Positions 51,172-64,000 of a stretch of 64,000 bases of DNA are shown piece after piece. Under the pieces are notes generated by a model. It had not been told where the DNA came from, did no database searches, and saw nothing but the letters and a program-made list of their open reading frames with translations. The translations under genes were made by a program, and so were the position numbers. Every line of letters starts with the position of its first letter. The first letter of the stretch is position 1. The DNA comes from Girardia tigrina (Eukaryota), in the NCBI GenBank assembly GCA_001938485.1, contig MQRK01248872.1, positions 1-64,000 of the forward strand, written 5' to 3'.

Positions 51172-51379
51172 GGGAGCATCCATTAAGCACGTCTCCTTCT
51201 AAGGGGGCAGGGAGGTCACCACAAGGGGGACATTTGGGGATAATAGTCTGTAATAATAATCTGTTTTCGGGGGGATGTCCCCCGGGGGGGTGTCTCATAA
51301 AAAGGGGCATAAAATGACAAGAGGGGGGAGGGGTCAAAATATGCTTATTTTTTATAGGACGTCCTTAATGGATGCTCCC
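51172..51379. mobile_element. PIF/Harbinger-type MITE
   Basis: TIRs GGGAGCATCCATTAAGCACGTC / GACGTCCTTAATGGATGCTCCC with TAA on both flanks. Confidence 0.9.
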
Positions 51380-54194
51380 TAATACATAATTCTTATAGCA
51401 AATTTACGACTTCTTTTATGACATATTTTCACGTTTAATATTAAATTTCTCGAATGATAATTATAAATTAGATGAAAATGTTATGAAACCCGAACAGTTT
51501 TTCAAATCCTGCACGAACGCCCAGGACGATCACAAAAAAAGACAAAAAATTAAGAAAGAAAGCTTGTAATATTTAGTAGATGTCTTCTGACGAAGGAACT
51601 GCTGAGTAGTTTTTTTTAATTCTAACTTATTATGTAACTTATATATATATATAAGAAATACTTCATTACTCTGTACTTTTATTTACAATTACGCAAAAAT
51701 AAAGCTTATCAAAATTTTAAAGCAACTTTCTTTTCCTAGAAGTATTCCAATAGATTAAAAATTAGCTTATAAAAATAACATAAGAATTTTTAGAAACAAA
51801 AATTTATGATTGTTACTTTTATTTTGAAATATCCTTTTCGAGAAAAAATCAAGATGGAGGATTACAAATGTCCTAAATACAGAACGGTAATATCCACAAG
51901 TAAATAAATATGGTTATTACATATGTTTCCCTTTCTATAGTCTAGGTAAATGATACTTTTGATTAAATTGTACTAATACTTTAATAATAGCAGCTAGTAC
52001 TTTTAAAAATTTATTTTGAAGATAATTATTAAGATAAAACAAATAGAAGAGAACTGCAAGAGCCCACTATTCACGACAGAAATGTGAATTACACGAAAAA
52101 AATAAAAATTCCTTGTACAAACAACCTACTTGAAGGCCCACAAAAGGATTTTCAAATGTCAATCGAAATGTTCCACCATTTCATGTAGAAATCTAATGAG
52201 GCGTCAGCATGAGAATAATTACTTTAACAAATAAAATACATCCAAATTTAATAAGATAGAGATTTACTTCCAAAAATAAAAATAGGCGGCCTTTAATAAA
52301 AGAATTACTGTAGTACAACAAAACCAAAATCACTACACTTAGGAAAGTTATTAAACTTGGAAATTAATGTTTTTAATTGCTTGAGTGGTTCGGATGAACA
52401 ATCGGGTTAGTGGCACTTCGGGCCAATTAACTGGAGGGTCTTTTCGACCAAGAATCCCGATTGGCCATAACCTTGCCGTTCCGAGTTGTGGCGGACCCGT
52501 TCGACCTAGACATTCCCTGGTGTTCGTGTGATATAATGTCTCGGTCGATCTCTCGTCGGTTAAAGTCGTACGTTTCGTTCGTTCAAAAGCATAAGTCGAG
52601 AAGTCAGTACAACAATTTTTATTCACTTTCAATTTTTAGTACCATCTTTTTGTGCAGTTAAACAAATTATATTTTTCACTCGACATGTAATTTTTACAAG
52701 TTACATTTAATTTTCGATAAAATGTTTTTTTTGTACAATTCGCATAATTTAAATACAGTATTTGTAGCAAAATTATCAGGAGCATCACAGCTTGGTTTTT
52801 AATTTTTAAGTGCATTTTTTGATTATCGCCATTGTGACTGTCGCTGAGCCCCCTCTAAGAATTATTTTACTTACAAAAAAAAGAATCAAATAATATTTGA
52901 AAAAAATCTCATAAAATAATAACAATTTTTAAATATATATTTCTCGAATGGTAACTAATTTATTTTCTATTTTATGTTAATACAAAACAAGACTATTTTA
53001 AATAAAAATTGATATCTCTTTATTGTTAAAATAATAATAATACATTTAATTATTAAACTAATATATAAATACAATGGAAAAAACAAATAAAAGTAGTTTT
53101 CCATTCGATTCTTCTGTCAATCAAAGGATAGGAAATAAAAATAATTTACAAATACCAATTAAGAAACAAATAGACAAAATAACGAAAAAAAAAGAAAAAA
53201 ATAATTTAAAATATGAATATTAATTATAGTTTTTATTCTTTTTTGTAATTTTTTTCCATTATTAATAAAATAAAATCTAAATCAAATATTTATTAATTAT
53301 AAAACAACATTTATTGTTATAAAAATAACAGAAAAATAAATTTTTTAAGAGGGGGAAAATTTTTATTTTTAAAAATCTTTTACGATTTTAAATATAATAT
53401 AATTGTCAAAGGAAGAATTATAAAAAAATGTATAAATAAATAAATGAACCATAATATTAGAGACAAATTTATTTTAATATCTTATTATAGATTTTATTCT
53501 TCTTAATAGTTTTGTTATGTTAAAATTACGAATTATTTTGAGAAAAAGAAAAGTTAACAAGTAAAATATAAATAATAATTTTATAAAAATCACTCTTATG
53601 GTTATTGATTCTGCTATAGAAAACCACGGTGACCCCAAAGATAAACTGAAATGTTAATGGGAGAGAACTCTGTGGGTTTTCTTGTAAATCGAAGTTCCAT
53701 TTGAAATAAAATTTTAAGGTCGGTTAGACTCTGAATAATATGAGCAATTCAGAGTCTAGATTGGGTTAAAAAATGACTGACCGGTTAAGAGTAGTTTTTA
53801 ATGTGTTTTATGCGGTGGAACTGTTAAATGATGATGGAATCTAAAACCATTCGGCCTGACTTTGAAATGATTTGCAAAGTCCGGTTTTTGGAGCGCCGTC
53901 TCGGCACCTTATACAACTAAAAAGTTGTTTATTAACACAAGATCAATATAAAAAAAGTGTGGAATACCCCGAGTCAACAAAAATCTATATTTTCGTTTTG
54001 AAAATTCCTTCTGGTAAAAATATAACCAAAATAAACTAATTAATAAAGAATTAAAATATGTATTTATTATGAAAAATACCGAAAATCCATTAAGTTATGA
54101 CAAATAATAAAATTAAAATTTATATTTCATTTGTTTTCTATTTAATTTATGAATATGGAATAATTAAGGTGTAATCGCAAATTTGTATTAATCA

Positions 54195-54558
54195 CAGAGC
54201 CGTAGTAAGGAAAAATTGCGCCCTGTGCGAAGTTCAAATCTGGCGCCTTAGCGCGAAAAAGATTTACTACTACAAATTATGCCTTAAAAGAATTAAATTG
54301 ACTTTGGACGTTCGTATTCACATGCTCTATGACGCAGCATTGATGCTTAAGCCTTACATCGCCTAGCTATAAGAAAACATCAATTTATTCGGATAAATTC
54401 ATGGATGCTTTGCCATTAAACAAAAAAGACTACTATAATTATTATTATAAAGTGATTAGCCTACAGAGATCTTATCAGTCAAAATTGGTCATTTTGCGAT
54501 TTGGCGCCCCTGCGCCCGATGCGGCCGCACCGCTCGCACCGCCCTCACTACGGCTCTG
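54195..54558. mobile_element. hAT-type MITE
   Basis: TIRs CAGAGCCGTAGTAAGG / CCTCACTACGGCTCTG, a perfect 8-bp TSD ATTAATCA and subterminal GGCGCC motifs. Confidence 0.93.
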
Positions 54559-55817
54559 ATTAATCATTCATAGATAGTAAATTACTTGACATCGGAATTT
54601 CACATTTGGGTAAAATATCGTTCAGTGGGACTACGGAAAGTGGGTGAAAAATCGTTTAACAAATTTGTGGCACACATTTATATGTGGTTATTAAGAATGT
54701 GAGCTAATAAAAGCTAATAAAAGATTTTGAAAATTTATTTTTTTTGTAAAATGTTGTATTTCTGTTCTTTTTCTTATTCTCCATCTATTATCATTGAAAA
54801 GATAAATGTAATATATAAATGATTATACGGAATTTTGGGGTGGAAAATCTATTCAGTGTGAAATCGATTAGGACATCATTTATGATGGTCCCTGAAAATT
54901 CTATCAAAAATGAATTAGGGATTCTGGAATCGATTTCCCCTGTTTTCCAGATCGAGTCGGTAAAAGCAATTTTATTTCAAGATACGGTTGAAAAATTTTC
55001 CAAAACACTTTCTTCAATATCAAATTTAAAGTCAAACAATATCAATGTGATTCAATTTTATTTTTCCTTTCATTATTTTTTTTGCAAAGTTAAGATATTT
55101 ACCCACAATAAAATCGAGTGTATCCCCACGTTATCTTTTATTTTTTAAATATTAAAAATATTTTTTTTAATTTATTATAATTTTTCAATTGAAAATTATT
55201 TGATTGTTTTTCTTTATTATATTTTTAACAAAAAATCACGAACATAATTAGAGTGAATTTTTTTTCATTTTTTTCTGTTTTCATATTTTCATAAATATTT
55301 TTTTCTGAAAAATATTTAAATTTTGAAATGATATTTTTTTAATAATAATTTATTTTATTATTTGTAGTAAATTTTATTTTCAATAAATAAAAAACAATTT
55401 TTTAAGAATAAAATATTTGCTAAAATTAAAATACAAAAAAAATAATTTTTTTATATTATGATTTTTGTAAAAAGGAAAATTAAAAAATAATAAAATAATT
55501 TTTGTTCATTTCTCAAAAGAATTGTTTTTTTCAAGCTGTTATAAAATAAAAAATGAATGCTGTTATTAAAAAAAATTTATTAAATTCAAAAACCTAATTT
55601 TGACTCTAAAAGAAGAGAACTGTTGTTAGAAATTTGGAAATACGATGTTTGAGTCAAATAAGATATAGAAAGAAACGTATATTGAAGGATTTTTAGATGG
55701 ATTTTTTCATCCCAATTCCATTTGAGAACAAAAAAGTAGTTTTTAAACTCTAAATTGCTTGAGACTATTGTGATAAATATTAGTCTGCGTTTTTTGTAAA
55801 CCATATACGTGCGAAGC

Positions 55818-56510
55818 ATAAGCGCCCCGAAGGGGGGGGCAAGGTGTTCATTTGCTCCCCTGGAATTAAAAATTAAATATATACAAAAAACAAAATATAA
55901 ATAGTAAATTAAATTTCACAGCAGATGCTACATTTCGGTTTGTATATTGGAACGGTAAACCCATAAATCTGATTCAAAATCTGAGTTTCTTAGATTTAAT
56001 ACAGTATTCGTCAGTATTTTATCCTACTGTTTCTTTGGCCCTTACTCTGGAATTGACACTTCCAGCTACTACTTGTACAGTAGAAGGTAATTTAGTACTC
56101 TACACAGGTTCAAAACCTGGTTACGGTCAACTATGGTAGAGAATATTCTGAATGGCCTTTGCAAGTTGAGTGTACATCGTCATATAATAGACGAAATGCA
56201 AGAACAATATTTTATAAATGTTTTTAATTGGTTTACGTTAGGAAAGAGAAGGATGCAATTTCTTTTCACAGAATAATTTGTGGTTGTAAACAAAAAAATT
56301 TTGAAAAAAATGAATGTTCTGATAAATATCAATTTGAATATTTTCTTTTTTTATATTGTTTATTGTGCAAGCTGTGGTTTATTAATGTGATTTATGTTTT
56401 AATGATTTCGAAATTTATGAGAAGAAAAATAAATAAATAAATTGCTATTTTAAAAACATTCTACCCAGTAGAAGTTATAAAATTTGCCCCTCGTAGTAAA
56501 CTTTCGCACT
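55818..56510 (+). mobile_element. Non-autonomous hAT remnant with dimerization-domain fragment
   Basis: GC-rich left end GGGGGGGCAAGG..TTGCTCCCC and LTLPATTCTVEG/FSTLHRFKTWLRSTMVENILNGLCKLSVHR. Confidence 0.75.
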
Positions 56511-59080
56511 GCTAAGCTCAGTAAATTAATGCTGATGTTAAGACTCGACTGACGATGATATGGGATGAGCTCCAAGTCTAGCACAAAGTATAATCAAATG
56601 CATCTGAAACGATAATAATGATGACAAAACTATTTGAAGGATTATTTTTAACACATTCTGAGCGAGAAACGAGTTAACACTGACTTTACGTAGTATCATT
56701 ACAGCAGGATTATACAAATAAGTGGAAGGCTACAGGAACCGTTTGAAAGGGGATGTTCAGGGAATCTCAAATTACTCATTATTTGTTTTCGGTATCAGCG
56801 AAATAATAATTTTCTCTAAACATTTTGCTCACAAGAATAATTCCTACTTTTTTGGCTTATATTGAGGTAAGACTCTGCATAGAATTTTTCATTATAAAAC
56901 TTTATCAAACTGAAATTGGAGAAAGAGTTGTATAAGTTTAAAAATGATGCGTTCATTGCGTACCCTCCAAATTTCACCACCCGCTATTTTTTAACAAATA
57001 CTCTCGTTCCTCCATGTTTCTTTTAGTAATAACAGCCAGAAATGCCCTCCTTTCTAATCCTGATTGACCATGTCTTATTTTAATAAAAGTTCAGACGGAA
57101 CTTTCTTTTCCGATATTTTATTTTCTAAATTTGTGGCTCCAAAAATTTGAGTTAATGTATCAATTATATAAAAATATTAAAATATATAACAAAATAAATA
57201 TATTTGTCTCAATTTTTTTGTTGTATAATAAATTTTCGCTGTTTAATTATTAATTAAATAATTGCGATAATTTAAACATAATTTAATTAATTCAGGTTAA
57301 CTTTCTGATTGATATTAGATTAAAATTTCCTTTTTCATTTAATTATTTTTATTGCAACTATGTTTAGATTTTATAATAAACTTTTTTTTCGTATAATTAC
57401 AAAATGAAATTTTTGAGAAAAAAAAATTTTTTAATGACAAAATTAAAATATATTATTTATAATTTTTGTGTTGTGTAAACAATTTATTAGAATATATATA
57501 TATTTATTTAATTAATGAGAGTAATTAAAATAATTTCGGCCTGTTATTTAAAGAGTTATTATTAATTTTGTTTATTAATTAAGTATTATTACATAAGAGA
57601 TGAGAGATTATATAATAGTGGGAAATTAACGGAATCCAAAAGTAATAAATAAAATCAGATTAACGAAAATTGTCAATAATTCGTTTGTTTCCAGGGCAGG
57701 TTGAAGGGCCCCCGTGGAAAACTACTTTAACTCGCTTTAAAATATAATAAACAATTTGTATTTTATTCATTATATTTCAAATATTTATTTAACCATTTAT
57801 GCAAAATAGTAATGGCGCAATTATTATTAGCTAAACGCCACCCACTTTGGGTTGATTGTACTGTTAGACTGAAATTAATTTTGATAAAATCGATTTGATA
57901 AGATTTTTGAAATATTCATAAAAAAACAAAATTATATTTATAAATTTTTAATTATTTAAAATATAAAAATGAAAAAAAAACGATTTTATATTACAAAAAA
58001 ATAAATAAAATTGTTAAATAATTTTATCACATTAATTGAAAGGAAAATATTTGTCCGAAAATAAAAAAATAATAATAAATATTTTTTAATAATAAAAATT
58101 AATTATTAAAAATTATATATTTATATTTTTTTGATATCGTTAAAAACCGGGTCGATATAAAATGAAACGTTTTATTTATTTGTTATTATTTTCGAATTGA
58201 ACATAATTAATTATTCTAACATATCAAATATTTTAAAGTTATTTTTTTTTCAAATAATAAATAACAAGAAAAGAGAATTTACTAATCTTTTTAGACATGA
58301 CCGGATGTTGTCGTTAATAAATAAAATCTGTTCTAATTCATTAATTATGTTGAGTCCTGATTTTGGTCTGAAAAATCAACTTCTCTGACTTAAAAGAGAA
58401 ATATTTAAAAAAGAGGAAGAAAATTGTTTTATTCATTTTCCTAAAAAAAATCTCAATGAACATATTTACACCGGACGTCTTCATTTGAGGACGACTAGTT
58501 GAACCAGTTTCGTGCCGAAATCTATTAAATTATCATTACAGGTTCTTGAATATTCGTTGCTCTCCTGAAGTGAGATGTGTACCGATACCATTGTCATCAA
58601 GTTCCTTGGCTCATAACATTTGATATTGACTCTCAAGTCAACACTCTCACTAATACTGAAAATATTTTATCTATGTCATCATTATTATCGTTTCAGATGC
58701 ATTTGAGAAGACTTTGTGTTAGACCTGGAGTTTGTCCCATACATCCCTTGTCAGTCGATACTTAACATAAGCATGAATTTACTGAGTTTTACACCTTTAT
58801 GGTATACAAAAACACCTTTACCAATTTCCTTTTTAGATTTCGATTGTATTGTCTCAAAAGTTTGGTGATTTCTCTAAAATATCTTGTTTCTTTGAAATCG
58901 GAAGTTTGACGTGAAACTGTCTTCGAATTTCCATTAATCTATTTACTGTTTTGATGTGATTCTTCTGTAAGTAGCTCCATTTTAAGAGAAGAAACATTTT
59001 GGCCATTGTAAATTCGAATATACGTTATGTCTTTGCCAACTTATTTCAAATGATCCCATAGGTAACACCGTTAAGTCAAG

Positions 59081-59430
59081 CAGTAGCGTCACTAAGCGGG
59101 TGCGGGGGTGCGGACGGCACCGAGTGACACAATCTCAGAGGGTGTCACCAAATGAAAAATACATCGCAGAAATAACCCTGTATAAATAACCCGATGTTAA
59201 GCTAAGGTTAACTAAAAATCACAGGTTATTCGGAGTCCATGACGTCAGTTTCCGGTATAGAAATATTATTACAAAACTAAAGCTGATAAAGAACTACTTA
59301 CGATCCACCATGGGACAGTCAAGGCTTTCTGGTCTGGCTCTATTATCAATTAAAAGTGAGATGGTGAAGGACAAAGACTTTAATGAAGTTTTTGACAAGT
59401 TTGCAGCTCTGAAAACAATCTCATGTGACC
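59081..59430 (+). mobile_element. hAT left end with dimerization-domain fragment
   Basis: CAGTAGCGTCACTAAG terminus and KLKLIKNYLRSTMGQSRLSGLALLSIKSE...FDKFA. Confidence 0.8.
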
Positions 59431-62196
59431 GGCTATTATTTTGTAAATCAATGTGGAAGTGAAACTATAAATAACTTACAATAAACGTTTGTATTATTGG
59501 GACAATGCTAACAAGATGAACAAAACTTTTGCAGTATTCTATATTGACCTGGGTTATATCAATTGAAGTAGCTAATACAAGTGCAAACACGAGTTAACTC
59601 ATAACCTGTAAAAATGTGTGCAAGCATAAAAAAATAAAAATATATCATTCCAATAATCAGAAAATAACAATTATTTGAGTTCAATAATTCCCTTTGTAAA
59701 GAAACTTATGCAAATCATTTACTAAACACAAATCTTAAGGAGTAAAACTTGGAAATCTCTTTGGCCGTATCCAAAGACGTTCCTCGAATCGGTAAACCTT
59801 AACCCTTCGTAACTCAATAGAACTCAACAGAATTTCATAACTCAATAGAGAGAACTGCCAAATTCATCATCCTACCTCCAACGCCACCTGTAGGTACTAA
59901 TAAATCACCGATGTTGTATAGATCGGTGTGTAACAGATATGCAACAGTGACTTAAAATGTGATATGTTAATAATTACTTTTTCTCAGTCCATCTTTGAAC
60001 TGTTTTGTGAAGGAGCACACATTTGAAGAGATTTTGTAGACTGTTTTCACTGGTTTAAGATTTTTCTCTTTATTTTCTTTAATTGAGTTAACAACTAGAT
60101 ATTTAACTTTAGAAAAATGCTATAATGCAGAAATTTTCTTTTTTTAATAATTCTTTCTTCAGTCTTTTTTGTAGTCTTATCACTTATGTTTCATTAGTGG
60201 CTTCAACTTTTACAACCTTTTTAGTTCACTTTACCTTGTTTTTTCTTCTTTATTTTTAATGTCTCCAGTTACATCAGTGATAGCGAACCCATGACACGCC
60301 AGCTCATTTTTACATTCATCTTTACAGATAAGAAATTTTATAATTTAAATGTTTGTCTTTTATAAACAGTCAGATTTGGTTATTAAAAATATTTTTAGGC
60401 CCAAGGTTACTTGCTGGGTATCGCCAAATCACGTGTTTTTTTAATTAATTTATTGTAAATTTTTTCATCAATCGTAATTCGAATTAATCAACATTTATTA
60501 ATTGATATTTTTTTGTTAGTGAACCAAAGCATTAAACAAATAAATTATTTTAACATATAATTATTTCTATTTTTAGTCTTTACTTTGGTTATGTGTTTTA
60601 TAATATAAGTTTTATAATATAATATAAAAATTTTATAATATAAGTCTTCTGCCGCTATATTAAAAATTTAAAAAAATTCTAAATCTATTAATATAAAATA
60701 ATTTTTATTTAAATTTATTTAAAATAAATTTCAAAGAATCTTTCCCATTATTAAATATTATTTATTTATATGTATATAATAAATCATTCAGGTTTTATAA
60801 TCAGTAATTAAATTGAGAGAAAAGAATTTAATAATGTGAAAAAGGTAATTTAAAGTTGACACGAAATGATACAAGTGTTATTCCCAAATTAAAGGAAATT
60901 TTCAATTTACATGTATATATTTTTTTGCGAAAAAAAACGATGTTTTTCGTTTAAAAATTAATAATTATTTTCTTTTATCATTTTTAATTTGGCATTATTT
61001 TGATTTTTGTTGTTATTTACATTTTAAGTTGATAATAAAAAAATCTAAAAAAATTTTTCTAAAAAAATCAACGAATTTCTTTTTAATATTTAAATGTCAA
61101 ATATTTTTTATAAACTTATTAATAAATTTTTTAAAAATTATTAATTAATAAATAAATATTTTATTTAATTAAATAATTTGAAGAAAATTTATCAAAAATA
61201 ATAGTATTACTATTAATATTTAATTAAACAAAAATTTTTTTTTGAAAAAAAGAAGACTTTTTTTCTTTGATTTAATAAGAGATTAAAATTGAAAATTAGA
61301 TTTTCTTTGCCACAAATCCGATAAAAAGGAATTGAAAATAAATTCGCAGGTTCTTGTTAAAGAATTGTTTCGGCCCCTACCATTTTCTTCGCCCGTGTCA
61401 CTTTTAATAAAATTATTTTATTTTATTTTTATTTCCAGAAAACTGAAAATATAAATTATTTTTTGTCGTTTAAATCGTGCATGCAAATCGTTTGATAAAT
61501 TTACATTTTATAACATATCATGCTAATAATTTCTGAATTTCGTTTGTATTCCATTTGTTTCAAAGAAAAAAAATATTTTTTTCTAATTTCAAAAACTTCT
61601 TAGAATATTATAAATATTAATAAATAAAAATATTTTTTATAAATTTTTAAAATNNNNNNNNNNNNNNNNNNNNNNNNNNNNNNNNNNNNNNNNNNNNNNN
61701 NNNTTTAAAATATTTTAAAATTAAAAAAAAATTTTTAATAATAATTATTATTATTTTTTAAAATAATTTATTTAATATTTTGGGGTTCCCTATTTAATTA
61801 AATTAATGATTAATGTGAATATAATGAAGAACAATTAGAATATTTAATCAAAAAAAAAGAAAATTTAACAAAAAATGAAATCAATATTTTCTTGTAAATA
61901 ATCCGAAGCCCGATAATAAAATATTTATGATTTTTTAAACAAGGCAAATTTATTTTTTTTGTAGAATAAAAGAAAAAAATTTTTAATTTCTTTTTAAAAT
62001 AATAGTTATTTAAAACTCGTTTTTTTAATTATTAATCAAAAATAATTTTAAAAAAATATATTTTTTAATTGTTCAATTAATTTTTATTTTAAAAAAAATC
62101 CCATAATTAACCGCGGGAAAAAATTAATTAATTTTAATTAAAAAAAAATTTTTTATCAACAATAATAAATTACAAGAAAATAAAAAAAATACTCAC

Positions 62197-63100
62197 CGAA
62201 ATTCGTAAAATAAACGCGGATTTTTTTGTCGTTCGTTTCTTTCTTGTTTTTTCGTTTTTTTTTTGATTTGTTCGATATCAAGAGGGAAATATAAAAAACT
62301 CCGTTTGATAATAATCGACCAAAAAATAAATAAATAATAAATCAAATAAAAGAGAAAATCTTGAACGTGGTGAAGCAGAAAAAAAAGAAAAATCAGTTAA
62401 TTATAAACTTTTTTTTCTTTAATATATAATAATAATGATAATAATAATAATAATAATAATTTTCCGGGGAGAAAATGCAAATATAAAATCCCAAAAAAAA
62501 GGAAAAGACAATCGAGAATCAAATCGGAAGGGTTTGGTGTTGAAAGAAAGTAAAAATAAGAAAAGCAGTGGAATAAAAATAAAACGGATAAATTCTGTTG
62601 GGAAATTCGCGCAGCACCAGTTTTGAAAGTTGAGACAGCATGCAGAATCCCGGCACACCGACACAAGAACGGCATCAACAAATACATAATCAATGATGAT
62701 TCAATTATCGACCAATCACAATCGAGAACACTAAAAGATTGATTTCAAAATCTTCACAAGCACTTTAATGCCAATTTTTGAAAGAATAAATAAATAAATA
62801 ATTAAAAATTTCTTAATTAGTCTACTATTTTCCAAACAAAAAAAACCAAAAAAAAAAAATAAATAAAAGCGTGCATTGTCAATATTAAAAATAATCTTTT
62901 TTTTATTGTTTTTCTTGTGTGCCTGAAAAATGATTGGAGAAAAATTAGGGGAGGCCGGTCCGAAGATCGGGAGGGACGAATGTTTTGTGGAAATAATTTT
63001 GAACACTGTTGATTAAAATGAGCATTACTTTGATTTTTTCCGAGTTTTTTTTTGTAAACAATTTATTATTGAATCATCTCTCTCTCGCTCGCTCTCAGTC
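62197..63100 (-). promoter_or_regulatory. Probable non-coding first exon / 5'UTR and promoter region of the Ig gene (5' boundary uncertain)
   Basis: Strong donor CG|GTGAGT at 62197/62196. The region is free of recognisable TEs, locally richer in CpG, and has a GA/CT tract near 63080. Coding exon 1 begins with an acceptor, so an upstream exon is required. Confidence 0.5.
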
Positions 63101-64000
63101 GTTTTTTTTTCGTTTCGTCAACAAAAAAATATCGGGTGCAATTCACACTTAATTTAAGTGTTTTTTTTCTTATTTATTTTATATTTTTTAATTTTTATTA
63201 TCTTTTCGAAAAAAAAATCAATCGGGTGCTATTGACACTTAATTTTTTATTATTATTATTATTTTTAATTAATTATTTATAATTTTACAAAAATTAAAAA
63301 CGGGTTTTTCTTGGGAAATTAAAAATTAGGAAAATAAAAAAAAATAATTTTTTTTTCACGCAAATTTGTCCCCAAATTGTAAATTTTTAGTCACTTTTCA
63401 ATGATAAATCAAACAGGAAAATCTCTCTGAGAAATTCAAACCTCTTAGATTGTTTATCTAAACTCATTAGGGACATTTTAGCACCATTTGTTGTTTATTC
63501 CTAAATCGTATTTTGTCTTATGTTTTTTCGATTTGGGAAAATTAACTTCTTTTTTTTTCGTCGACGAAGAAGCGAGCTGGTAAAATTACATGGAAATGAT
63601 AATTAATCTTGTCGTAAGTTGCCCAGCATCTTTTTCTGTTAATGACATCCTTAATAAAAAAGCCGTGTGTGTGTGTACAGACACACTGACAAAATATCCC
63701 ATCGGTGTGTGTGTGTGGAACGAGTGTGTAAATAGCACAGAATTATGATAATAATAATTATAATAACATTAATTATTATAATAATCTTAATAAACATTTA
63801 TCATAATTTTTATTTTATTTATTGATAATAAAATAATTTAAATTATATATTATTTTATTGATAAATATTTATATATATATAATTTTTTTAAATAATTTAG
63901 TTGAAGTTTTTTACGAAATTGATTATTAATGTTTCGGAATTCATTTTCCATCATCAAACACGTACGCAGGAATTAGGAGGATAAATCACCCCACGAAAAG

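Noticed and set aside
1-64000. Remaining short ORFs; CRISPR arrays, tRNA/rRNA genes and prokaryotic systems
   Set aside because: The short ORFs are F/I/L/K/N-rich chance frames or antisense to exons and TEs. I saw no regularly spaced repeat-spacer array or RNA gene, and the DNA is intron-containing eukaryotic sequence.

Overview
Very AT-rich eukaryotic genomic scaffold with four N gaps, most likely from a triclad planarian. A gapped mariner at 39321-40584 has protein termini that I recall as those of Girardia/Dugesia tigrina Dtmar1. One minus-strand gene spans most of the window: a NEPH/Kirre/SYG-1-type (IRM) immunoglobulin adhesion receptor. I reconstructed it by hand as 10 phase-consistent GT-AG coding exons (42618 down to 3207; 1723 nt, about 574 codons). 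They encode a signal peptide, 5 Ig domains and a transmembrane helix; the cytoplasmic tail lies off the left edge. A probable 5'UTR exon ends at 62197. The introns hold many transposon relics: mariner/Tc1 elements, piggyBac, hAT, PIF/Harbinger and pogo MITEs, a Ty3/Gypsy RT remnant and an unclassified TGTGAGG-ended repeat family. The most notable non-obvious signal is a set of Penelope-like retroelement (GIY-YIG/RT) remnants. Ten minimal type I hammerhead ribozyme motifs, in about four sequence families, occur mostly at their 3' ends and often in inverted pairs. The only two with an intact catalytic core are antisense to the host pre-mRNA. All identifications come from reading motifs by eye; no database searches were run.
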